Part shown: piece by piece, positions 1 to 10,461 of the stretch
Position numbering within the stretch: position 1 is the first letter of the stretch
Layout of the letters: each line of letters opens with the position of its first letter
Assembly (NCBI GenBank): GCA_034429195.1
Contig: DAOUGQ010000007.1
Location: 251,899-315,898 of the forward strand
Source of the DNA: Anaerolineaceae bacterium
GTDB taxonomy: Bacteria > Chloroflexota > Anaerolineae > Anaerolineales > Anaerolineaceae
Reading direction: 5' to 3'
DNA length: 64,000 nt
Notes under the pieces: generated by a model
Database searches by the model: none
What the model was told of the DNA's origin: nothing
The model's input: the letters and a program-made list of their open reading frames with translations, nothing else
Program-made: the position numbers and the translations under genes

Positions 1-858
1 CGAAAAATCTTCAGAACCGCCATCCAGCTGGTAGGTGGCGCTGATGGTGTAATCACCTCCCGTTCCACCATCCGTTGGAGGTTGCATCTCCCCAGTACCA
101 GGCGCTTCCATACTGACCGGTGTGACCGTTACGCCACTGATGGATCCGAGTGATTGCAACAGTGCGTTGATCAACTCTGGAGTGATCATCATACGGCCAC
201 TACCGGCAGGGGCTTCTCCCATCGCAGGAGGAGTGCCTTCCTGCCCGGCTGGAGGTTTTCCGCTGCCAGGGTTAGTTGGTGGGGTTGCATCCTGGTCTGC
301 AGGGGGATTCATATCACCAGGTTTTTGTGGCGGATTAGTACCATCCTGTCCCTGTGGCGGGTTAATCCCACCGGGCATACCTGTGGTAATCCCTAATTCT
401 TCCATCTGTTTGGAAGCTGAATCCTGGGTAATCTGCATGGCCGCAATAGCATTGATCTGGTCTGGCGTCATAGCTGCCTGGATTTGTTTGATCAGCTCAT
501 CCAACTGTGTTTGAATATCGGTATTTCCTTGTTGTTCCTGACCAGGAATCATACTCATGGATAGAGTTGCATAATTTGTCCATAACGGAATCAACGCATC
601 TGCCTGCTCTTTTGTTAATGCTTGAGCAGTAGTGTTCAGTTGCAATGTCCCCAGGATCATTTGCATCGGTATCGATACGGCATTTTCATACGTAGTATTC
701 AAACCTACTGCTGTAACAGGGGTAGCGGTTTCTGCGGTTTCAGTTTCAGCAGTCGAATTTTCTGTAGCAGTTGTGACTTGAGTTTCAGATCCCTGAGATG
801 AGCATGCGCTCAATACCAGGATGACTAGAATAATCAGGCAATAGAAAAATTTCTTCAT
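1..858 (-). CDS. Secreted lipoprotein with a Pro/Gly/Thr-rich low-complexity C-terminal half; the C-terminus lies outside the window
   Basis: The reverse-strand ATG at 858 gives MKKFFYCLIILVILVLSAC, a signal peptide plus lipobox L-S-A-C. The frame stays open for 286 codons to base 1. It is missing from the ORF track only because no stop lies in the window. Confidence 0.6.
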   Translation of the reverse strand, partial: MKKFFYCLIILVILVLSACSSQGSETQVTTATENSTAETETAETATPVTAVGLNTTYENAVSIPMQMILGTLQLNTTAQALTKEQADALIPLWTNYATLSMSMIPGQEQQGNTDIQTQLDELIKQIQAAMTPDQINAIAAMQITQDSASKQMEELGITTGMPGGINPPQGQDGTNPPQKPGDMNPPADQDATPPTNPGSGKPPAGQEGTPPAMGEAPAGSGRMMITPELINALLQSLGSISGVTVTPVSMEAPGTGEMQPPTDGGTGGDYTISATYQLDGGSEDFS

Positions 859-1001
859 ATTTCTCCCTTGTTCAGTCTACAGAATGATATTCCCTTCTAA
901 TTCATTGATTGCATTCTAGAATATCCAGCTGAGAACCTCCCAAGGGAAACCTGTGAATTAGATGAGAAACTCCGAATTGTAATGGCAGTAAGTGAACCGG
1001 G

Positions 1002-2189
1002 TTAAAACACCTCGTCCATAAAAGGTATTTGTGGAGAGAACATGTGTCTCATGGTATCTTTTAAATAATCGGGCATGCTTGCCCACCCTCGCCAGGTAAA
1101 GTCATCAATATTATGAGTTCCATAGACAAGTGCTGAAAGAGCCTGAATGTTCATTTCACTCTCAGCGCTATTTACCCGAGTGACTCTCAACAAACCATCT
1201 TCAGATGAAAACTTCCAAAACCCCTGGTTCCATGGGCAAAACGGATCCCGAATTCTTGTTGTGAAACTTCCTTCACCCACCTGCATTCCACCTAATTTTT
1301 CCACATTGATAACTCTTCCCATGGGAGCGTGGTAGGATTCGGTTGTTAGTCGTAAATCTGAAAGCCATGTGTTTGGCTGTTCAGCAGGGGATAATACCAA
1401 TAGAACCCGATCAGCTTGATCTACATGCCGGGCAATCCATTGCAGCAATAAATATTTCGCCTGGCTCGAAAGATAATAAAAACAGAGAACACAAAATTGA
1501 AATTTTCCCCGGTCATGCTCACCCCCCTGTATCTGATATTGCATTAAACCTTCTACCCTGCCATTCAATACTACTTTAACCATCCAGGCTTTGTTCATGA
1601 TCCCCTTGGAAGGGTCTATCTGACGAGTTACCGTCATCCCATGCACACGTAGAAGATGTTGACGCAGGAAATTCTGGTAATCATCAAACCCATCCTGGAT
1701 ACTCGTGAATAGTATTTCTCCCCCGAGGTCTTTCTTCAAAAGTGACATTAATGCTTCAGGTTTAAATCTAGCTAATTGGGAAGCCGGGAATGTGGTATAT
1801 CCTAAATTTTCGTAAAATGATTCTTTAAAAGGATAGAGGCATGAAAATGTATTTCCTGATGAATAACTGTAAGTAAAAAGCGACATCAACACATGTCGGC
1901 AATAGCCCTTCCAGCGAACCAGAGGAGAAGTTGCAACACCAAAAACACCCGTTTGATCAAATATCTTTCCCCGGACATTCTGAATCATTGCCACTGACGC
2001 TGCACATGATAAAGGTTTACCATCTTCATACAATACAAATAAGGATTGCTCTGGGCGTTTTTCGATCCACTTTTGCCACTCATCTTTTTGGGGCATTGGC
2101 GGTGAAGGGTGGAATGCATAACTTGCAAATCCATAAAGGGTGTCTATCATCTCGTTTCCAAATATCTGGCGAATTAAGATATCTCCCAT
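1002..2189 (-). CDS. GNAT acetyltransferase with a C-terminal SCP2-like domain (Eis-like family)
   Basis: 395-aa ORF. The size and architecture (N-terminal GNAT folds, C-terminal sterol-carrier-like region) resemble Eis/COG4552 proteins, judged from memory of the family. Confidence 0.55.
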   Translation of the reverse strand: MGDILIRQIFGNEMIDTLYGFASYAFHPSPPMPQKDEWQKWIEKRPEQSLFVLYEDGKPLSCAASVAMIQNVRGKIFDQTGVFGVATSPLVRWKGYCRHVLMSLFTYSYSSGNTFSCLYPFKESFYENLGYTTFPASQLARFKPEALMSLLKKDLGGEILFTSIQDGFDDYQNFLRQHLLRVHGMTVTRQIDPSKGIMNKAWMVKVVLNGRVEGLMQYQIQGGEHDRGKFQFCVLCFYYLSSQAKYLLLQWIARHVDQADRVLLVLSPAEQPNTWLSDLRLTTESYHAPMGRVINVEKLGGMQVGEGSFTTRIRDPFCPWNQGFWKFSSEDGLLRVTRVNSAESEMNIQALSALVYGTHNIDDFTWRGWASMPDYLKDTMRHMFSPQIPFMDEVF

Positions 2190-2547
2190 TTTTGACTTCC
2201 TTTGTAGAAATTTTTATAATTTGACTTCCGCTCCAATCAACACCAACCAATTGTTATTCCTTACAAATAAGTTGCAAAATTATTATAGTTAATGAAGACA
2301 TATATCTATAATTTCTCTAATGGTATAATATATAGGTATTATATAGTAATGGCGGGATAATGATTTCTTAACCAGGTCGTCTGGCTAATCTATAGACAGC
2401 CTGGTTTCTTTACTAATTGTTCTTTGTTTCGAAAATGATGGGCGAAGAGATGTAATCATTTTATCGTTACCATAGGAGAGCAGTCCGCTTCAACTTAAGA
2501 ATAGTAAATTATTACCAATGGATAACCAGCCAGACAGGAGAAAAATT

Positions 2548-3033
2548 ATGAACATTAGCAGTATGATCAAAGCATATTATGCAGCGTTGGATTCTGCCGA
2601 TTTTGACAGAATAGATCAATTTCTTTCAAAGGATTATCGCCTGTTGGACTTCGCCCCACAACCAATGGACAAGAATGCCATGCTGGCTCTTTATCAGATT
2701 TTTCGAAATGCCATTCCAAATCTTCAGCATTCATTGAGTAATTTCATTGAGGTTAAACAAACAGTGAAAGTAACCATGCAAATGAGCGGTATTCATTCTG
2801 CGAATCTGGATCTGAGAAAAATCGGTGGTGGAATTCTCCCTGCGTCTCGAAGATTCATTATTTTCAATAATGAGATGCTTGAGCTGACCTGTGAGGATGG
2901 AAAGATTATTTCCGAGAGAAATATTTCTCCTCATTCACCCAACCGACGATTGTCTGGAATGCTAAAAGTGATGGGGATCGATAGTACACCTTTCCTTGAT
3001 CGATTATCCATGGAAACTCTGGTTTTGAATTAA
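2548..3033 (+). CDS. SnoaL-like / NTF2-fold protein (ester-cyclase-like)
   Basis: The N-terminus MNISSMIKAYYAALDSADFDRIDQFLSKDY is typical of SnoaL-like proteins. I chose the ATG at 2548 because an AGGAG lies about 9 nt upstream; the track start at 2518 has no RBS. Confidence 0.5.
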   Translation: MNISSMIKAYYAALDSADFDRIDQFLSKDYRLLDFAPQPMDKNAMLALYQIFRNAIPNLQHSLSNFIEVKQTVKVTMQMSGIHSANLDLRKIGGGILPASRRFIIFNNEMLELTCEDGKIISERNISPHSPNRRLSGMLKVMGIDSTPFLDRLSMETLVLN

Positions 3034-3071
3034 TAATCTGATTATTCTTTCCCTTAAACAGGAAATGTCTT

Positions 3072-4112
3072 ATGAAAGCAGTCATTTTTGAGCATTTTGC
3101 AGGTTCAGTTGATGTAAAAATGGTTCCGGATCCCACTCCTGCATCCCACGGAGTGGTGATCAAAGTGATGGCAACAGGACTTTGCTTAAGTGATTGGCAT
3201 GGATGGATGGGACATGATCCCGATATTCACTTGCCCCATGTACCTGGGCATGAACTTGCGGGCATCATCACTGCGGTTGGCAAAGATGTAACCCATTGGA
3301 AACCGGGTGATGCAGTTACCGTACCTTTTGTTTGCGCCTGCGGTACCTGCCCGCAATGTGTATCAGGCAATCAACAGGTTTGTGATCACCAATTTCAGCC
3401 AGGGTTCACCCATTGGGGTTCCTTTGCAGAATATGTCGCCATCGACCGGGCAGATGTCAACCTGGTACACATACCACCAGAACTTGACTATGTAACTACT
3501 GCCAGTTTGGGTTGCCGTTTTGCTACAGCTTTTCGCGCCATAGTCGCACAGGGTAGAGTATCTGCCGGACAATGGGTGGCAGTACATGGCTGCGGTGGAG
3601 TAGGATTATCTGCAATCATGATCGCCTATGCCCTGGGTGCTAACGTGATTGGAATTGATATCAAGGATGATACCCTTGATTTTGCGCGCTCAATAGGTGC
3701 GATTGCAACCGTCAATGGATCGAAAACCCCCGATGTGGTAGAAGCAGTCAAAGAGATCAGCCATGGTGGTGTACACGTATCCATCGATGCATTGGGAAAT
3801 CCGGTCACTTGCTTTAATTCGATTGCTAATTTAAGGAAACGCGGCAGGCATATCCAGGTTGGCCTGATGCTGGCAGAACACAGTCACCCCGCCATCCCAA
3901 TGGATAAAGTGATCGCCCAGGAACTAGAAATTCTCGGCAGCCACGGCATGCAGGCATACCGGTATGAAGCATTGTTCGAGATGATCAAAGCAGGAAAATT
4001 GCATCCTGGAAAGCTGGTAAGTCATCATATTCGCCTCGAAGACGCTCCCCAGGAACTGATGGGAATGCATGATTTTAAACGAATCGGAATTACGGTAATT
4101 GACCAATTCTAA
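3072..4112 (+). CDS. Zinc-dependent alcohol dehydrogenase family protein
   Basis: Contains the [12 protein letters not shown] catalytic Zn motif, the structural Zn cysteines [17 protein letters not shown], and the Rossmann motif GCGGVG. Confidence 0.85.
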   Translation: MKAVIFEHFAGSVDVKMVPDPTPASHGVVIKVMATGLCLSDWHGWMGHDPDIHLPHVPGHELAGIITAVGKDVTHWKPGDAVTVPFVCACGTCPQCVSGNQQVCDHQFQPGFTHWGSFAEYVAIDRADVNLVHIPPELDYVTTASLGCRFATAFRAIVAQGRVSAGQWVAVHGCGGVGLSAIMIAYALGANVIGIDIKDDTLDFARSIGAIATVNGSKTPDVVEAVKEISHGGVHVSIDALGNPVTCFNSIANLRKRGRHIQVGLMLAEHSHPAIPMDKVIAQELEILGSHGMQAYRYEALFEMIKAGKLHPGKLVSHHIRLEDAPQELMGMHDFKRIGITVIDQF

Positions 4113-4233
4113 TAGGTGGTTATGAATAATACCTGCACATGGGTAATTAAGCTACATAGGAATACAATTTATCTATAGATAATGCAACCAGAAGGTTAAT
4201 TATCCGTATATAGAACGATGATCATTATTTAGT

Positions 4234-5151
4234 ATGGATCTTAAAAACATGAAAAAGACCTCGCACCAGAACCTGGCTGCTGAGATCACCAGGAATGGTA
4301 GTAAACAGACATATTATACAATCAAGCTTTTAGTGGACCGTCCTTTGATTGATGATGCATACCGGGCTTACGCTTACTTCCGCTGGATGGATGATTACCT
4401 TGATTCAGAAAGCAACACTTCCACTGAAAGAGATGCTTTCTTCCTCCGGCAGCAAAATATTTTGGAAGCCTGTTATCGAAATGAAGCACCAGATTCTCTA
4501 ACCCAGGAAGAGCAAATGCTGGTAGACATGATCCATCATGATCATGAAGAAAACAGCAGACTACAGTCTTATCTGCGAAACATGATGAGGGTGATGGCTT
4601 TTGATAACCAGCGACGTGGTCGATTGATCTCTCAAGATGAATTGAATGCATATTCGCAGATGCTATCGATTGCAGTGACTGATGCCTTGTTCTATTTTAT
4701 TGGAAACAAATGTATTTATCCGCAGACAGAATTGCGTTATTTAGCAGTGCAGGGAGCGCACATCATCCACATGCTTAGGGATATGCTGGAAGATGCCACT
4801 ATTGGTTATTTTAATATTCCTCGTGAATTGATGGAAGCGGAAGGCTTCAAACTTCAAGAAGTAGACCATCCTGCTTATCGCCATTGGGTGAAAATGCGTA
4901 TCGAACAGGCAGAATTTTTCTTTAAAGCAGGACGCCATTTTCTAGCTTTAATCAACAATCTTCGTTGCCGGATCGCTTGCTGTGCGTATATTGCTAGATT
5001 TGAATGGCTTGCCCTTGTAGTAAAAAAACATGGATACCTGTTACATGCAAAATATCCAGAGCGGAAAACTTTAAAAGCAACATTATGGATGATAGGCAAT
5101 ATCTTTTCTACCATTTTGGGTATAGATCAGCGTGAGCAGCAAACTTTGTGA
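4234..5151 (+). CDS. Squalene/phytoene synthase family protein (CrtB/CrtM-like)
   Basis: Carries the Asp-rich motifs FRWMDDYLD and LRDMLEDA. It sits directly upstream of a CrtI-type desaturase. Confidence 0.8.
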   Translation: MDLKNMKKTSHQNLAAEITRNGSKQTYYTIKLLVDRPLIDDAYRAYAYFRWMDDYLDSESNTSTERDAFFLRQQNILEACYRNEAPDSLTQEEQMLVDMIHHDHEENSRLQSYLRNMMRVMAFDNQRRGRLISQDELNAYSQMLSIAVTDALFYFIGNKCIYPQTELRYLAVQGAHIIHMLRDMLEDATIGYFNIPRELMEAEGFKLQEVDHPAYRHWVKMRIEQAEFFFKAGRHFLALINNLRCRIACCAYIARFEWLALVVKKHGYLLHAKYPERKTLKATLWMIGNIFSTILGIDQREQQTL

Positions 5152-5186
5152 ATGTTCGTTAAATAATTTTATGTGAGTAAAATGTC

Positions 5187-6671
5187 ATGAAATCAAAAAA
5201 CTGTATCATCATCGGAGCAGGCATCGGGGGAATCTGCACTGCCATTCATCTGGCTAGAGAAGGAATGCATGTCACGATTGTGGAGAAAAACGCTCACCCT
5301 GGTGGGCGTTGTGACCATTTTTCACGCGATGGGCATACATTTGATATTGGTCCAACATTATTGGTCATGCGCAAGTTATATGAAGAAGAATTTTTTGAAT
5401 TGGGTGTTTCAATGAGTGAAATTCTGGATCTGCAGAGAGTCGACCCAACCTACCATTTATATTTCGATGATGGCAGTCAGCTTGAACTCACTTCAGATAA
5501 AAAAGCAATGCAGCATCAGCTCGATGCCATTGAACCAGGAGGGTTTCACGGATATGAGCAATACATGGCTGAAGGCAAACGTCATTATCAAATTGGGATG
5601 AAGAAACTGGTAAGACGTGATTTTCGAAAGATCACAGATTTCTTCTCGATTTCGAATGCCCCTCTCCTTTTCCAGGTTAAGCCTTTGGTGAATCATTATC
5701 GAAACATGTCCAATTATTTCACTGATAGCCGGCTTAAATCAGCTTTTACCTTTCAAGATATGTACATGGGATTGAGCCCATTCGAAGCACCGGCCACTTT
5801 TTCACTCATGCCATATACCGAACTGGAACATGGGGTGTGGTATCCCAAAGGAGGAATGTACAGCATCACTGAAACATTGGCCGAACTGGCTCGTCAGGCA
5901 GGTGTTGAATTTATATTTAATGCAAATGTTGAGCAGATCGAGATCATCGGGGGAATGGCACAAGGTGTAAGGCTGGAAAGTGGTGAACACTTGAAATCGG
6001 ATATCCTCGTAGCAAATGCGGATTTGCCCTATGTTTATCAAAATCTGCTTCCGCCAGATGGGATGGCGAAGAGACTGGCAAAAAAACATTACTCATGCTC
6101 TGTTCTCAGTTTCTTTTGGGGTTTGGATAAACCTTTTCCTTCCATTCCTCCCCACGCTTTGTTTCTATCAGAGGATTATCAAGGAACATTCGAATCTATC
6201 ATAAATGATCTGGGAATGCCCACGAACCCCAGTGTTTACTTCCATGCCCCAACCCGGTTAGATCCTTCCATGGCTCCTGAAGGGCAGGATACCTTGATCA
6301 GCGTTGTACCAATTGGCCATCTTTCAGGTGAAAACGACCAGGATTGGGAAACTTTCAAGAATCTAGCCCGTACCAATATTTTTGACAAAGCACGCAGGTT
6401 TGGCATCACAGACCTACAGGATCATATTAAGTTTGAGACAGTATTTACTCCCCTGACCTGGCAAAGACGCTATAACCTGGTTAAGGGTTCTACACATGGG
6501 TTGAGTCATCACCTGACGCAAATGGCATATTTCCGCCCATCCAACAGGCATGCCCGTTTTCACAATATATATTTTGTGGGAGCAAGCACTCGCCCTGGTA
6601 CCGGTCTTCCAACTGCTATGGTTTCAGGCAGGCTAACGGCACAAAGGATTATTGAAGAATCGCTAAACTAG
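5187..6671 (+). CDS. Phytoene desaturase family oxidoreductase (CrtI/CrtN-like)
   Basis: Has the N-terminal FAD fold IIGAGIGGICTA..VEK...GGR and the C-terminal FVGASTRPGTGLP signature of CrtI-family enzymes. Confidence 0.85.
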   Translation: MKSKNCIIIGAGIGGICTAIHLAREGMHVTIVEKNAHPGGRCDHFSRDGHTFDIGPTLLVMRKLYEEEFFELGVSMSEILDLQRVDPTYHLYFDDGSQLELTSDKKAMQHQLDAIEPGGFHGYEQYMAEGKRHYQIGMKKLVRRDFRKITDFFSISNAPLLFQVKPLVNHYRNMSNYFTDSRLKSAFTFQDMYMGLSPFEAPATFSLMPYTELEHGVWYPKGGMYSITETLAELARQAGVEFIFNANVEQIEIIGGMAQGVRLESGEHLKSDILVANADLPYVYQNLLPPDGMAKRLAKKHYSCSVLSFFWGLDKPFPSIPPHALFLSEDYQGTFESIINDLGMPTNPSVYFHAPTRLDPSMAPEGQDTLISVVPIGHLSGENDQDWETFKNLARTNIFDKARRFGITDLQDHIKFETVFTPLTWQRRYNLVKGSTHGLSHHLTQMAYFRPSNRHARFHNIYFVGASTRPGTGLPTAMVSGRLTAQRIIEESLN

Positions 6672-7064
6672 AAGATTTTTTGGCGTAAGTAAGTAAAAAC
6701 TGAAAATATCTCTCATTTGCCTGGTTATCAATACTCACAGCTCTTCGTTCTGAAGAATTTCTTCAAGGCCCTCTGACATCAGACAAATTGGTTTTTCATA
6801 CATCCCATACTTCGAAAACCAGAATGCCATATTAGAGCCGTATAGCGCAGTTTGAGAGACAACCGCACTCTTTCAAATAATAGTTTTTTGTATATCCTAA
6901 AAACCACATTCTAAGCGAGAATAGTAAAGCAATCTCAGAAAGAGATTGATCAATTTCTAAAGAACAAGGGCTTGCAAAGACAACAAAATCACCATTCAGA
7001 CAAAACTGTTTTTGGTTACAAACGATTTTTAAATCACAATTAAATATCTATGGCAAATTGGTCG

Positions 7065-7571
7065 TTACATGTATTTTCCCAACCCTGAAGTTTCTAGTGC
7101 TTCAAGGTATTTCAGGGTGTTTTTCATTTTATCTTTGACAAACATATCACTGTGTTTTTGGTTAGCCAGTATGTTTCTTAACTTCGGTATGGCACGAATG
7201 TCATGGAGGTTGGTGAGAACATCCAATAACATCAATTGGGCATCTTGAGAAAAGAGGTATATCCCACGATCTTTCTGCTGATCTAGCACCCATAACACAT
7301 GATTGACACTGGGTTTCCCTAAAGCGATCAGACAATTTCCACATTCCACCATTGTTTCACGGCAGTAGGTTTGACTTGCACCTGAGTAGGTTGATTTGTT
7401 GATCGTCTTGGCAAGCAACTCTGCTGCTTTATCAATGGCTTTTTTATTCCCACTCGAAGCGATTTCCCTGGAAAGGTTAAGTCTTGTATCATCGTAATGA
7501 GGTGTATCTTTTGTCAGTATATCTACCTGCTCTTTGGGAAGTTTAAAGAATAGATCATTAACGAAGCTCAT
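7065..7571 (-). CDS. Hypothetical helical-repeat (HEAT-like) protein
   Basis: 168-aa ORF in the same orientation as pepF. I recognised no diagnostic motif. Confidence 0.35.
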   Translation of the reverse strand: MSFVNDLFFKLPKEQVDILTKDTPHYDDTRLNLSREIASSGNKKAIDKAAELLAKTINKSTYSGASQTYCRETMVECGNCLIALGKPSVNHVLWVLDQQKDRGIYLFSQDAQLMLLDVLTNLHDIRAIPKLRNILANQKHSDMFVKDKMKNTLKYLEALETSGLGKYM

Positions 7572-7792
7572 TTCCTTCTCCTTTTATTAGTGATCCATAG
7601 GATGCAGTAGGCTAGTACAAACAGTAAAGGAAACCTCAAATAATAAAAATTGAAAAAGAATGACCACCCTGTAAAGAATTCTCTGATTTGATACTTTATA
7701 ATATTATATCTGTATTAAATATATAATCAACTTCAGGGACCATTGAATTAACCATTCTCTCCTTAAATGAATATGAGCTTTTTAACAACAAT

Positions 7793-7826
7793 AGATTCCC
7801 GAAGTTTTGAAAAACTTCGGGAATCT
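7793..7826 (-). terminator. Stem-loop downstream of pepF, a likely intrinsic terminator
   Basis: Perfect palindrome AGATTCCCGAAGTTTT-GA-AAAACTTCGGGAATCT. On the minus strand it is followed by ATTGTTGTT. Confidence 0.55.
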
Positions 7827-7861
7827 TTAATACTTTTACAAAGAAGGGGATCTGAAAGCTG

Positions 7862-9667
7862 CTAGACCAACAACTTTTCCAATTCCGTGATATACCCATC
7901 AAGGTCACGGAAAGCCTGATGAACAGGTTCGGGGGTAGAAAGATCAACACCAGCCATCTTAAGAGCATCCAACGGATAGAGAGAATCACCAGCTTTCAAG
8001 AACGAGAAATAATTTTCAACCGCTCCAGGTTTTCTTCCAAGAACTCCAGCTGCCAATGCATGTGCACCTGCGATGCCAGTGGTGTACTGGTAATTGTAGA
8101 AATTCCTGTACAGGTGAGTGGAGAACTGCATCCACAGACATCCATCGCGGTTCTCATCCACAACCACCCCTGCCCCATATCCTTCACGCAGGTTTGTTAC
8201 CATGATCTGATTAAGATCCTCTGCACTGGGAGCTTCGCCATGTTCAATACGACTATGTACTTCCAGGTCAAATTGCGCCAGCATGGGCATGGTAAAGAAG
8301 TAACGATAAAAATTCGACATAGCTTCTTCAAGCACTGCCAGACGGATCGCCCGATCAGATTTGGTTTTCAGCATGTAATCTCGCACCAATGCCTGATGAA
8401 AATTCGAAGCTACTTCTGCCGCAAACAACCCATATTGCGAATAGATCCATGGCTGCGTTTGACTAGAAAAATAGGAGTGCATGGAATGACCCAATTCATG
8501 AGCCAACGTACTCAGACTATAAATACTATTGTCATAACTCATCATAATGAATGGCTGGCAGCCCTTAACACTTGAAGAGAATGCCCCAAAGGTTTTTCCT
8601 TTATTGATAGCCCGATCTACCCAACGATCAGTGGTAGCACCTTTACGCAAAATCTCGACATATTCCTTCCCCATGGGTTCAAGTCCCTCACTAATCCATT
8701 CTATAGCCTGTGCATAGGAGATATCCACTTTAGTATCACTCATATTGGCATAGGTATCGTATACATGCAACTTTTTCAATCCCATTACCTTACGCCGCAG
8801 ATCCCAATATCGATGCCATATAGGTACATTCGCTTTGAAGGCTTGAATTACATTGTGAAATACCGAAACTGGAAGGTTCACCTGATCCAATGATGCTTCT
8901 ACAGAGGTTTTATAACCTCTTACTTTGGCAAAGAAAGCATCCTCTTTATATCCCGCGGATATGCAGTTTGCCATGGTATGTTTATATGCAAGATGTCCAT
9001 CCGCGTAACTCTTCCAGGCGCTACGCCGGAGTGTTCGATCAGGTGACGTATTCAATTCGCGCATCTTGCTATGAGCAACCTCGTGCTTTTTGCCCGTCTT
9101 ATCTACAGCAGATCGGAATTGAAGGTCAGCATTTACCAGAATGGAGTGTGTTTGTGATGCAGTCCCAAAAGGATCCAGGACCTGACTAAGTATTACTTCC
9201 ACTTCGTGTGAGCGAACATGGGCTGCTTTACGCTCCAATGTATCAAAGTAATGTGCATAAAACATCAACTTCGGTTCTTGTTTCATCCATGCTTTAATCT
9301 TGTCAAAACCGATCGCCATGATCTCGGGTTCTTCAAATGCCACTTCAGCAGCACATCTGCTCATCAACCCCATTGCACGCCCTGCCATGGTAGCATTTTC
9401 AGCATCGGTAGTATCTACAGAATAACTTAAACTTGCATATTGATAAATCTTGACCAACTTTTGTTCAAAGATTTGCTTTGTTTCTAACCATTCGAGGAGC
9501 ATTTCTGCGCTATCTCCCAGGTGTCCTTCGAAACGCTGTTTCAGAACAGGCGCGATAGCTTCCATTTCTTGAAAGGTCTCTTCCCAGGCTTGTTTCGTGG
9601 AAAAGATTGAAGCTAAATTCCAGGTTTCTTCCTGGGGAACATCTTTACGTGCAGGAATGACGGGCAT
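7862..9667 (-). CDS. pepF: Oligoendopeptidase F (M3B metallopeptidase)
   Basis: 601 aa with the HELGHSMH zinc motif and overall PepF-like length and sequence. Confidence 0.9.
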   Translation of the reverse strand: MPVIPARKDVPQEETWNLASIFSTKQAWEETFQEMEAIAPVLKQRFEGHLGDSAEMLLEWLETKQIFEQKLVKIYQYASLSYSVDTTDAENATMAGRAMGLMSRCAAEVAFEEPEIMAIGFDKIKAWMKQEPKLMFYAHYFDTLERKAAHVRSHEVEVILSQVLDPFGTASQTHSILVNADLQFRSAVDKTGKKHEVAHSKMRELNTSPDRTLRRSAWKSYADGHLAYKHTMANCISAGYKEDAFFAKVRGYKTSVEASLDQVNLPVSVFHNVIQAFKANVPIWHRYWDLRRKVMGLKKLHVYDTYANMSDTKVDISYAQAIEWISEGLEPMGKEYVEILRKGATTDRWVDRAINKGKTFGAFSSSVKGCQPFIMMSYDNSIYSLSTLAHELGHSMHSYFSSQTQPWIYSQYGLFAAEVASNFHQALVRDYMLKTKSDRAIRLAVLEEAMSNFYRYFFTMPMLAQFDLEVHSRIEHGEAPSAEDLNQIMVTNLREGYGAGVVVDENRDGCLWMQFSTHLYRNFYNYQYTTGIAGAHALAAGVLGRKPGAVENYFSFLKAGDSLYPLDALKMAGVDLSTPEPVHQAFRDLDGYITELEKLLV

Positions 9668-9748
9668 GTGTTTTACCTCCAGAAGGTGAATAAAATAAGA
9701 TTATACTCCCTCATTTATTCATGCTCGATTTTTAAAAATCAGAAGATA

Positions 9749-10378
9749 CTATTGTGATTTCGCCTTTTGAATAGTTTTCTTTACCCTGGCTGCTTGAGAA
9801 GGAGTCAACTCGGGGATTCTTAGTTGCAGACTATTAATAAATTCCTCACTATTTTCTTTATTGATGGCGGAAAGAATGCTTTCACTATGTTGAGGGACTT
9901 CCTTGCTACGACAAGTTCTTAAATGCCGCAGCAGGTAAGGAAATAACACATGAGAATACTCCGATTTTGCTGCTGCAATCGTACTTAATACTTTTATGCC
10001 ATTATCCACAGTGATTACAGAACCATCTGCCATCGCCTGCTTAATAACATCCAAGTTCTCAAAAAGATAATCTGGATCAAGATGCGCAATAGTAGATAAC
10101 GCAATCATGGTACCCCACACCATACGATTATGTTTACTGGCAAGCAGTTTGATAAATTCCTTGATGTATGGGGCGATCAATTCAGGTGAAAGATAACCGA
10201 TCTCATATAATACCTTGATACAGTCACTTTGCACTGAACAGTCCTTATCCCAAACATGCTTAACTAACTCTGCAATACCTTCAGAATTATTGCTTTCCAC
10301 CAGCTGTTTCGCAAGAATCTGATTAGGCACTTCATCTCGCCGGTTTTGGGCACAAGCCAATTGACCCAATACAGACAT
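9749..10378 (-). CDS. HEAT/ARM-like repeat protein, function unknown
   Basis: I chose the ATG at 10378 (MSVLGQLAC...) because AAAGGAG lies 6 nt upstream. The sequence pattern is helical-repeat. Confidence 0.4.
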   Translation of the reverse strand: MSVLGQLACAQNRRDEVPNQILAKQLVESNNSEGIAELVKHVWDKDCSVQSDCIKVLYEIGYLSPELIAPYIKEFIKLLASKHNRMVWGTMIALSTIAHLDPDYLFENLDVIKQAMADGSVITVDNGIKVLSTIAAAKSEYSHVLFPYLLRHLRTCRSKEVPQHSESILSAINKENSEEFINSLQLRIPELTPSQAARVKKTIQKAKSQ

Positions 10379-10409
10379 AAGTACTCCTTTTCCCATGAAC
10401 AACTTGTTT

Positions 10410-10438
10410 CAGGGCACGGTTGACGTTTCCGTGCCCTG
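10410..10438 (-). terminator. 10-bp stem hairpin after the GPH transporter gene (no clear U-tract)
   Basis: CAGGGCACGG-ttgacgttt-CCGTGCCCTG lies just downstream of the stop at 10462. Confidence 0.3.
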
Positions 10439-10461
10439 TATAGACATATTGTCAGGATGAT

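Noticed and set aside
122-514. 130-aa and 80-aa plus-strand ORFs at the left edge.
   Set aside because: They are antisense to the lipoprotein gene, within its Pro/Gly-rich low-complexity region. The strong signal-peptide/lipobox start at 858 supports the minus-strand frame.
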